A stretch of 64,000 nt of DNA from the NCBI GenBank assembly GCA_964016885.1, contig OZ024740.1, forward strand, positions 232,190,001-232,254,000. The letters are read 5' to 3'. The notes under the pieces are model-generated. The model worked only from the letters and a program-made list of their open reading frames with translations. It was not told where the DNA came from and ran no database searches. This document shows, piece after piece, positions 54,241 through 64,000 of this stretch; within the stretch, counting starts at the first letter, position 1; each line of letters begins with the position of its first letter. This DNA comes from Eledone cirrhosa. Its lineage: Eukaryota. The position numbers and the translations under genes are program-made.

Positions 54241-54498
54241 TGTTAGACTATATATATGTGTTTGTGTCTATATTATATCTGTATTTTTGACCGTTGGTCA
54301 GTCAATGCTAAACATTGAGGACCGAATAAATTCACTGATATAAAAGATACAGAAGCGAAAACCAACCAAACAGTGAGTGTGTTCTGTTATTAATTCTAGC
54401 AATATTATTACAACAATATATATATATGAACCTCCCTCTCTATATATATATCTGTAAATATTTATATATTATTGAGAAAATATGGTGTTAATATAATG

Positions 54499-54712
54499 GT
54501 TTCTTATATAGGCACAAGGCAGGTAATTTTGGAGGAGGGGAAAGTCAATTAAATCGACCACAGTGCGTGACTGGTACTTTTTTTATCGATCCCGTAAGGA
54601 TGAAAGGCAAAGTTAAGCTCGGCGGGATTTGAACTCAGATCATAAAGGGCCATAACTCTATGCTGCAAAGCATGGCGTCCGGCCCTCTACTGATACTGCC
54701 AATCCACCACCC
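54499..54712 (-). mobile_element. tRNA-derived SINE (family 1, long variant)
   Basis: 19 bp TSD ATATGGTGTTAATATAATG. Confidence 0.9.
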
Positions 54713-55035
54713 TCATATGGTGTTAATATAATGAAATCAACTTGTCTTTGCTGTGGGATACTATTTATCCTCGAATCCGGTTGGTTATGTGTCTGTGATA
54801 TGGTTTTTCTTATTTTTTTATTTTCATTTTTATTAATTATTCACGCGAATTCTTAACGCTGGAAAATAAAATCAAAATAAATTTATCCACTGGTTCTCAT
54901 ACTTTTGACCTATTGTGAATTCTGGTATCATTTATCTGACAGAAGGGAAAGAGAAGTTCCAGAACTTTATTGCTTAGGAGAAAATGCCTTAAAATGTGCC
55001 GCTACTGTTTTCCTTATTATTATTGTTTTGATAAA

Positions 55036-55390
55036 GGCGAAGGACTAGCAGTATCGGTAGAGCGCCGGACAATATGCTTTGTGGCATCCTTACAGGGTCG
55101 ATAAAATAAAGTACCAGTAACGTACTGGGTCGACTTAATCGACTTTCTCCTCCAAAATTGCTGGCCTTGTGTCTATAGTAGAAATCATTACTGTTTTGAT
55201 AAATGCGAAGATTGACAAAATCGTTTGAGTGTCGGACAAAATGCCCTCTTAGTATTTTTTTACGGGTCTTCCCGTTGCCTTTCATTATTCCGAGGTCGAT
55301 ATGTTTAAGTATCAGTGGGGTACTGTGGTCATTATAATTGATTTTCTTCTTCCCACACCCGACAATGGAATGTACGCAAATTAGAAACAA
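55036..55390 (+). mobile_element. SINE (55036-55186) followed by an older related SINE
   Basis: Family motifs; TGTTTTGATAAA duplicated. Confidence 0.7.
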
Positions 55391-55819
55391 TTATTATTTT
55401 CTTTGGTCATAATGTTCTTTATACCAAGACTAAAATAACTAATACCTTTTAGTTGATGCTGTTGTTGCTGTACTATCCTATACATTGCCGTCGTTGCTGT
55501 TGGTGTAACACCCTATAATGTCTGTTGGCTGATTGCTTAAACAGTGTGGACAGGAGCTCTGCTTAGACAGCTTTAAATATTATTAATTCGTATAGCTCTC
55601 GTGGAAAGAGATAAGATAAGGCACTGCTAAACTGACTTACCTACATTATATGCAGCTGACATCTGGCGGAAAATGACAGCTACTGTTCAATGTGATATAT
55701 TTTCATATAAATACATTTATACTCATAAGTGTATATATTCATATAAAAATGCATTTTCTCTCTTTCTCTCCCTCTCTCATTCTCTGTTTATATATATGTA
55801 TATATAAATCGTTGTTGAA

Positions 55820-56160
55820 CACACTTGTGTGTTGAGAATACTGCTGAACTCCGTCTCCGAATGGAAGTGTATGTGTCCTTTCAAGCTGTGAAGTAATCAT
55901 ACGATATTTCGGCCCGTTCCACTGCTACTCTTGGTGTCACACACGGATGTATGTGACTAAACTCCTGCACAGCACAACAAATATTCATGAGTTTGATCTT
56001 TTAATTCTGGGTCAGATGCCTTCGTCGACGCCAGCGCTTCAGAATAGCACGGAGTCTGATGTGTCTGATGCTATGACGTCGATCGAGGTGCCTCCATGCC
56101 CCTCAATGTGTCAGGCGAGCTCTTTTGAGTCAGTTGCTGGGACACGCACGCCTTCTAACC
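55820..56160 (-). mobile_element. Degraded RTE-type LINE 3' remnant
   Basis: Reverse strand encodes IDVIASDTSDS.. and a C-terminal LKGHIHFH followed by GGAGACGGA. Confidence 0.4.
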
Positions 56161-56218
56161 TACCTCAATTTATATTCTCGAAATGAGTTAACTTTCTTTT
56201 ACTTTCTTTCAAGTTACA

Positions 56219-56431
56219 GGGCAGTATCGATAGAGGGTCGGACGCCATGCTTTGCAGCAAAGAGTTCCGGCCCTTTACAGTATGAGTTAAAGGATGAAAG
56301 GCAAAACTAACTTCGGCTAAGTTCAAATCCCACCGAGGTTAACTTTGCCTTTCATCCTTACGGGGTCGATAAAATAAAGTACCAGTAATACACTGAGATA
56401 ATTACTGGCCTTGTGCCAAAAGCAGAAACAA
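56219..56431 (+). mobile_element. Rearranged SINE (family 1) with short internal inverted piece
   Basis: AAGGATGAAAGGCAAA inserted before GTTCAAATCCC. Confidence 0.8.
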
Positions 56432-56459
56432 TTATGTTTCACATTAACATATTTTACAG

Positions 56460-56990
56460 AGGTCAACCAGCTCCCTGTACCTTCTGCGCTTTCCTTTCGA
56501 ACACAACATTGATGTTCGCCTCCTGCGAGGCAGAAAGTTCCATTACCTTTTCTACCTTCCTTGTTCTGTACCTGCATATCAAATACTATTTCACTCTTGA
56601 TGGTAAAGAATGTGATATAGTCTCGAGCCCCGGTGGAGAGAAGCGGGTGACATGGTAATTCATTCAAATCGCTCAGCGCAGACCGCACCTTACCACAGTT
56701 GTACTGCTCGGTTATTTATAGAATAGATAACTCTATCAACCCACAATTCCTGTTCAGAGCCACACGCATAGTTTAGTGCCAATCCCAGCCATTTGTGAAT
56801 AGAGATATTGCATTTCCGTTCAATGATCTCGATTCGTGCTAGTGTTACTTTGTACGTTAGAGACCACTGCAATCTGGGGTAAATACTACTGCTAAAAGTA
56901 TTGTCATTTAACAATGGACAGAAGAGAGGACCAAGAGTACCAAGTAACAAGAATCATTCTTTGAGTTTGATGATGCTGAATATCAGATAC
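56460..56990 (-). mobile_element. R2-Hero/NeSL-like non-LTR retrotransposon remnant
   Basis: IYPRLQWSLTYKVTLARIEIIERKCNISIHKWLGL (post-RT motif) and KVMELSASQEANINVVFERKAQK (restriction-like endonuclease motif). Confidence 0.65.
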
Positions 56991-57059
56991 TTTGAACTAA
57001 CTAATTGCATACTATTTTTCCTCCAATATACAATTTTATCTCCCTCTTACCTAATTCGA

Positions 57060-57118
<59 letters not shown>

Positions 57119-57220
57119 ATCCTTTACACGGATCATCTCACCGGCGATTTTACACAATCATAATACTATATCATTACCGACCTTGTGCCTATATAAGAAA
57201 CCATTATATTAACACCTCCT

Positions 57221-57319
57221 GCCGAGGTTGACTTTACCTTTCATCCTTACGGGGTCGATAAAATAAAGTACCAGTAATGCACTGGTTATTTGCTGGCCTT
57301 GTGCTAAAAAGTAGAAACA
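57221..57319 (+). mobile_element. 5'-truncated SINE (family 1)
   Basis: 13 bp TSD ATTATATTAACAC. Confidence 0.85.
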
Positions 57320-57394
57320 ATTATATTAACACTATATCTGCATTACGCTTGTCGCTTAAATATCTACCGCAGTATTCGAGCTGAATATAATAAC

Positions 57395-57580
57395 TGTTTC
57401 TACTTTTGGCACAAGGCCAGCAATTATCTCAGTGCATTACTGGTACTTTATTTTATCGACCCCGTAAGGATGAAAGGCAAAGTCAACCTCGGCGGGATTT
57501 GAACTCAGATCGTAAAGGGACGGAACTATGCTGGAAAGCATGGCGTCCGACCTTCTACCGATACTGCCAATCCACCGCCC
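57395..57580 (-). mobile_element. tRNA-derived SINE (family 1)
   Basis: 19 bp TSD TCGAGCTGAATATAATAAC. Confidence 0.9.
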
Positions 57581-57893
57581 TCGAGCTGAATATAATAACG
57601 TTTTAATTTGTCCAGTCCCAGAGAGATTTCGAAGATCAATACTCCTCCTTCTCCTCCTCCACCTCCTCTTCCCCCTCCTCCTCTTCCTCCTCCTCCTCCT
57701 CCTCATCATCATCATCATGTTCATTATCATCCACATCATCACCACCTTTCTTGACCTCTTCTTTTCCTCCACTCTCCAGAGAAAGATATTAAAATATAAC
57801 TCCCATGTGTATATTCAATCGACATTTTATATAAACACAGATGCCAGCAACACCCTACAAATACACATACGTATACACAAACACACACACGAG

Positions 57894-57944
<51 letters not shown>

Positions 57945-57968
57945 ACACACGTACACACACCACACACC

Positions 57969-58001
<33 letters not shown>

Positions 58002-58063
58002 GGATAGATAGATAGATGTGTACATATAAACAAATCACACATATATATACACTCATGTATATA

Positions 58064-58139
<76 letters not shown>

Positions 58140-58560
58140 ATGTATGTATGTATGTACGTGTGTGTGTATGTATACATGTGTGACTATCTGCATATATGTT
58201 TATATATATATATATGTGTGTGTTTGTGTATGAATGTATATGTATGTATGCATGTATGTCTATATACGACATACATCGACAAAAGAGAGAAGCGTCGAAC
58301 AATAGACAAAAGATTAATTAAGAAGGAGAGCTTATCACGTTTCTAATGTAACTCTTCTTATTCTGATGGATGGCCAGGTTTAGCAGTAGATCTTTTAATA
58401 AACACGGAAAAGCGGCATGTGTACAATGATCGCCCAAACTGTCATCATGGCTGGGTGTGGTACTCTACACAATGTCGACAGAGACACCAAGCTAATATCA
58501 TGCTGAAGGTGGGCGCCACTTTTTTTTAGGGAAAGTCGCCATCTCAAACACACAGACACA

Positions 58561-58618
<58 letters not shown>

Positions 58619-58649
58619 CATATATATATGCATATATATACATAAATAA

Positions 58650-58681
<32 letters not shown>

Positions 58682-58803
58682 ATATATATATTTATGAAAA
58701 AGTTTAACCCCGACGGCAGAGCTCAAGCCGTTTCGACGGCTATTTCTGGATTGAGTACTCTGGTGCGTTATGGTCCATCTGGTTCCTTACCACAACTCCT
58801 TCG

Positions 58804-58846
<43 letters not shown>

Positions 58847-59077
58847 GGAACACACAGATACATGCGGACACACACATATATACATGAATGCATCCGCACC
58901 CAACTGTGAGTTAAGGGTGCCAACTTCACCGATGTTGCTCAATGAATGACTGGGACAGACCAATTCAGTTTGAACCAGACTGAACCAGTATCAGAGTTAA
59001 AAATACATTATGAAGAGAGAAGAAACATTTAGATATAATTAGTAATAAAATGTATCATACCTAAACTGCTCCTAAAT

Positions 59078-59165
59078 TCCTCGACTACGTAGTTTCGTGG
59101 CATAAACAAAAACAATATATCAAAGATATAGAGTCCCTGCGAGGTCTGCCGACTTATCAAGAGGA
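59078..59165 (-). ncRNA. Type I hammerhead ribozyme, U3-A8 variant core (homologue of 4335-4425)
   Basis: Reverse complement UCCUC-UUGAUAA-GUCGGCA-(insert)-UGCCAC-GAAAC-UACGUA-GUC-GAGGA; upstream 59200-59300 resembles 4205-4290. Confidence 0.8.
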
Positions 59166-59548
59166 TACCTCATTTTACTAGTCTCAAGAACGCGTCCACA
59201 CGACGTGAGAAAGAATCCCAAAAGGCGGAGGGGGAGATAGTCACGCGATATAACGGTCGAGAAACAGAGCTAAGCCTCTTATAACCACGAAGAAAATACC
59301 ACGGAGGCGTATATATATATATATAGAGGTTATCACATACATAAAATTAAATTAAATTAAATCAATGATACATATATGTGTTGCAACTGTTCACTTTTAA
59401 GCTCAATGAAGAATTAATAAGTTAAAATCAAAAAATCAGAGCATTATATCATAAAACGTGTCTATATCTATATATATATATATATATATTAGAAAGTGAG
59501 GTTTTTTTTTTAAACAAAATGAAAAATAACCGAGGTGTCCTACACGAG

Positions 59549-59613
<65 letters not shown>

Positions 59614-59709
59614 TTACGTATAGCACGGAGCATATGTGCATAGACACACATGCACCGTGTTATATAATGACAGTATTTTATTAGCTCAATGTACGAGAAC
59701 AGAGCCGTT

Positions 59710-60070
59710 ATATGTAAAAGAATGCAAAGAACGCTTACATACTCAAACAGTTTTTATTTGCTTAGAATGTTTCACCCATACCCTTTGGTAGGAATCCTCA
59801 GAGCTTAATAAACACAGTGCTGAGTATAAACTCCACCAAGCTTAGTCACACGAACAATCGAAATACATTAGAGGGTAAAGATAAGGAGATCGGAGCCTAT
59901 CTTTACACTCTATTGTATTCCGATGGTTCGTGTGACTAAGCTTGTTGGAGCTTATACTCAGCACTGTGTTTATTAAGCTCTGAGGAATCCTACCAAACGG
60001 TATGGATGAAACATTGTAAGCAAATAAAACTGTTTGAGTATGTAAGCGTTCTTTGGTTTCTTTTACATAT
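59710..60070. mobile_element. Near-perfect ~360 bp fold-back element with an HHR in each arm
   Basis: Arms are reverse complements about ~59890; TA-flanked. Confidence 0.9.
59977..60021 (+). ncRNA. Minimal type I hammerhead ribozyme, intact core, GUA site
   Basis: GCT-CTGAGGA-ATCCTACCAAACGGTATGGAT-GAAAC-ATT-GTA-AGC; mirror copy 59760-59805 (-) has CUA. Confidence 0.8.
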
Positions 60071-60071
60071 A

Positions 60072-60110
<39 letters not shown>

Positions 60111-60124
60111 GCATATATACATGC

Positions 60125-60215
<91 letters not shown>

Positions 60216-60222
60216 CATAGGA

Positions 60223-60494
60223 CAGCACATGGCCTAGTGGTAAAGGTGTTGGATTGTGACCATAAAGTTGTCGGTTCAATTTCTGGACTGGGTTGTGTGT
60301 TGTGTTCTTGAGCAAAATACTTCATTTCATGTTGCTCCAGTATACTCAACTGAAAATGAGTACCATGCGATGGTCTGGCGTCCTGTCTCGGGGTGGGGTT
60401 GAGGTATTTTACTGTCAGTCGCTTAACGCTATGGAAACCGGGATAAGCGCCGGCGTGATGAGCCTTCGCGCTTGAGATAGACTTTAGACTTAGA
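60223..60494 (+). mobile_element. tRNA-derived CORE-like SINE (family 2)
   Basis: Homologous to 35028-35283; GACTTTAGACTTAGA tail. Confidence 0.85.
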
Positions 60495-60839
60495 TATTAT
60501 TAACTGTCAAAATGAATGACCATTTGCTTTTGTTAACAATCAGGAATATACTTTGGAATAACATTTCAACTTAACATTTCTCGCGTTACGTGTGTATGGC
60601 GATTCGCTTGTAACATTATTTTAGTCTTGAACAAACATATAACATGTATCGTACTATTATATCTGAAGCTTTAAACTTCATATTCATGCTGTATTACGTA
60701 GACAATATACAGAATAAGAGGAGTGAACAGTCAAACCATCAAAGGGGCTACTAAATAGAATGGGGAGGTTTTTGTGTAGGAGTTCGAACATGTCGGTGTT
60801 TCTGGGGTTGAACGTGGATACATATGGTAAGATATTGTT

Positions 60840-61393
60840 CCTCCTACACAAAAATCTCCCCATTCTATTTAAAGATGAAAAAATGAAAAAAATTCTAGAA
60901 ACACAAGATCACCAAAAGCAAAAGGCAACCAAAATCACTAAAAATAATTCTCACTGGAACAAAGATACACAAACCTATCTCCAACCTTACGGTAATAAAA
61001 TGCAGAAGAACAAACTGTGGAACATGCCTATACTTAACTGAAGGACATAAATTCACGTTTAAAGATGGCCAAACTTTCACAGTGAAAAACAACTTCACTT
61101 GCCACTCGGAGAACGTGATCTATGTAATCACATGCTGTAGCTGTCGACATAACTATATAGGTCAGACGGGGTTGTCATTACGCGAAAGAATGACCATCCA
61201 TCACCAACAAATCCGAGACGTAAACACAAAGAAAATCACCTTAAGTAGCCACATTGCAGATTGTGCAGGAATGACCCTACCCAACTTTAAAATCTTCCCC
61301 CTTCACAAGTACTCCGATTCTTTCACTCAACAACAAAGAATAAATAAGGAAAAACTATTTATTAACAAATTTAAACCAAAACTAAATATGTAA
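60840..61393 (+). mobile_element. 5'-truncated PLE GIY-YIG endonuclease fragment (Neptune-like)
   Basis: NFTCHSENVIYVITCCSCRHNYIGQTGLSLRERMTIH...RINKEKLFINKFKPKLN. Confidence 0.9.
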
Positions 61394-61489
61394 TCACCAC
61401 CATTAGATCCCACACCCCACACACACATCATAAAATAATTTTTAGCTTTTTTTCTGAATTTTTTTGAAAAAAATGTTAAGATTCTCACC

Positions 61490-61548
61490 ACAAAGGGACC
61501 TGTGACAGACAAACTGAATCGCCCCCCCTTCCCATATACGTGCGTTGT

Positions 61549-61581
<33 letters not shown>

Positions 61582-61935
61582 CACAGAATAAGAGAGAAAG
61601 AATTACTCATTCCAGAAGTTACTGTCCGAGAGCCACTAGTGATACTCTACTCTGGGCTTTTGAATTTTTGATTTTGAGAATCATTTGGATTTTGAAAAAA
61701 ACATTTTATAGTTTTTCTGAATTTTGAAGATTTTTTATAATAATTTTCCCCCACAAAGAGACCTGTGACAGACGGACGGACCCCCCACCCTCATTTTGAA
61801 GGAATCTTTAAGTTTTGGGAATGCTTCTGAATTTTGAAGAACATTTTTTTTTTATTTCCCACCACAAAGGGATCGGTGACAGACAGGCTGAAACATATGT
61901 GTGTATTGCTAAAGGGACTGTGACAGACAGGCTGA
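61490..61935 (+). repeat. Four diverged repeats of AAAGGGACCTGTGACAGAC
   Basis: Motif near 61492, 61755, 61866 and 61911. Confidence 0.6.
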
Positions 61936-62379
61936 AACACACACACACATACACGTGTGTGTGTATTGTTATATATACACCTTCATACACTATATATTTA
62001 CACACACTCCCTAAAACCATATTCCAATAATAGAATTTCTCTTACACTCCTGCTACTGTCATAGAATTTACCTCTAGCTTACAATTCGCTTTTGAACTTT
62101 TAACCAGTCAATTAACACAATCAAATATACACACACATATTTACAGGATGTTTCCTTGGCCCCCAAAAAATAACTTTGTTCGGTGAAGAAACATACTGTG
62201 AAGAAATATGCTATCTTCACTACCACCTCTCTATTAACAAGAACTCATTCTCCAGCCCAATTTTGAGCAAGACAAAGGGAAAAAACTTACTCCAACATTT
62301 GATTATAATTTTAAATCTTTAATTTTTAGTTTTTAACTCCTATTAATTCTTTTTTTAAATTTTGTATTTCAATACTCAA

Positions 62380-62423
62380 TATTTGATAAGATGAATTTTA
62401 ATAATACATCGAAACCGGTAATA
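62380..62423 (+). ncRNA. Minimal hammerhead-like motif with U3-A8 core
   Basis: TAT-TTGATAA-GATG(13 nt)CATC-GAAAC-CG-GTA-ATA; stem I is only 3 AU pairs. Confidence 0.55.
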
Positions 62424-62568
62424 CTTTATATACATTATAAAACTTATTTTAAAAATAATTGTCCCTCTCATTTTTTCAATAATGTCATCTTTTCAATAAT
62501 GTCACTTTGAGGAATCAAAGAAAGGATAACAAAAGAAAATCAGACCCTTAAATATATTTCAGACTTCA

Positions 62569-62652
<84 letters not shown>

Positions 62653-62657
<5 letters not shown>

Positions 62658-63342
62658 CATGAGAAGAAAGAAGAATACTGCGTGGTTGCACATGGGTTAC
62701 ATATGATAAAAATAGTCCTTCGTCAGTGATTTTCCAATCATCATTGGTATTTTATCGCATTAAAAATTATATACCTCAGGTTGGTGCGAGCAATAACTAA
62801 AAAAAGTTATTGGGACCAGTAAATCGCGTAAAGCGAGGGGGACAAGTGAACAACACAGAAGGATAAAAGCAAACCAAAGATAGAAAAAAAACAAGCAACA
62901 TGGTTGTCCGGTCAGCATAAGCTGGGTGGATTTCATGGCGAAAGGTACAGACCGTCCGACATGAGTGAGATGTAAGCAAGAAGAGACCCACTGTAAGCCA
63001 AACGGGAGGAAGTGAGAAGGGGAGAAACAGAGAGTGAATGAGTGGAAGTGCGAGGAAGCGGTCAGTCGAGAGAAAGTGTAACTGACAGAGGGGGCGAAAG
63101 AAGGTTAGAGAAACAGAGAGAACGGGGAAGCAGTAAGAGAGAAACAGACAAACCCAGCCGAGGTAAATATATATAAAAAACATGAGAAGAAAGAAGAATA
63201 CTGCGTGGTTGCACATGGGTTACATATGATAAAAATAGTCCTTCGTCAGTGATTTTCCAACCATCATTGGTATTTCATCGCATTAAAAATCATATACCTT
63301 CAGGTTGGTGCGAGCAATAGCTAAAAAAGGTTATTGGGACCA
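62653..63342 (-). mobile_element. pLTR-like direct repeats (62653-62818, 63176-63342) with decayed HHR-like motif; TA-flanked
   Basis: ~166 bp near-identical repeats; reverse complement AAAATA-CCAATGA-..-CTGAC-GAAG-GAC-TATTTT. Confidence 0.65.
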
Positions 63343-63360
63343 ATATATATATATATATAT

Positions 63361-63985
63361 AAATGTAAGTATATATACGTACATACTTATATGTATACAG
63401 ACGTACAGTAGCATGTATATACATACATACATGAACACATATATATGTACGTATGGGTTTACAAACAGCCCGAATTATTAGCCGTACAACCATCGTTGCC
63501 CTTTTGTTCAACACTGACAAAGGAACGATGAACTAGTTTCTAGCTTATTAGCTGTCATCAGCAGACTATATCTTCCTGTCAGTCAATTGAATGTTTGAAA
63601 GTGTATACTTTCCTTATGCATATTAACGTCTGAGCAGCCTAATTTGCATATCGAGTGAGTTAGTCGGCCGGGTGTACCGAAAACGAAAAATTGAAAAAAT
63701 GAAATGCATATTAACGGCTATGCATAAGGAAAGTATATAGTTTCAAATATTCAATCGACTGACAGGAAGGTGTACGGTACTGATGACAGCTAATAAGCTA
63801 GAAACTAGTTCATCGTTCTTTTGTCAGTGTTGAACAAAAGGGCAACGATGGTTGCCGAACACTGTACGGCTAACAAACCGAGCATTATAATAAATGTTTG
63901 GTAAACCCATACGTACATATATATATCTGTGTGCATGTATGTATGTATATACATACTACTGTACGTCTGTATACATACTTACATT
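63361..63985. mobile_element. Fold-back element (arms about 63361-63622 and 63718-63985) with an HHR in each arm
   Basis: Arms are reverse complements; CTGATGA-CAGCTAATAAGCTA-GAAAC-TA-GTT at 63780-63810 (+) and 63531-63561 (-). Confidence 0.9.
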
Positions 63986-64000
63986 TAAGTATCAGCCGAA

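Overview
AT-rich, microsatellite-saturated eukaryotic DNA, most likely intronic or intergenic sequence from an octopod cephalopod (inferred from the dominant tRNA-derived SINE and the (TA)n/(CA)n/(GA)n load). I found no convincing intact host gene, and nearly all ORFs in the track are microsatellite artefacts. The window is a stack of mobile elements: about 25 copies of one tRNA-SINE (many with 13-19 bp TSDs), a CORE-like SINE, three non-autonomous Helitrons, two MITEs, RTE and R2-Hero LINE remnants, and fragments of about four lineages of Penelope-like elements (PLEs; RT plus C-terminal GIY-YIG). One PLE is near full length, with a 0.9 kb inverted terminal copy (22051-25941). The most notable signal is about 20 hammerhead ribozyme (HHR) motifs read by eye, roughly 10 with intact cores. 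They occur in four settings: (i) an ORF-less retrozyme-like unit (4201-5070) with two HHRs 593 nt apart that use the compensatory U3-A8 core (UUGAUAA), plus a diverged homologue with covarying stems at 59078-59165; (ii) several unrelated fold-back elements carrying an HHR in each arm, on opposite strands; (iii) a ~210 bp HHR-bearing 3' module shared by two different PLE lineages; (iv) ordinary PLE 3' ends. All structures were deduced manually, and none has been tested computationally or experimentally.
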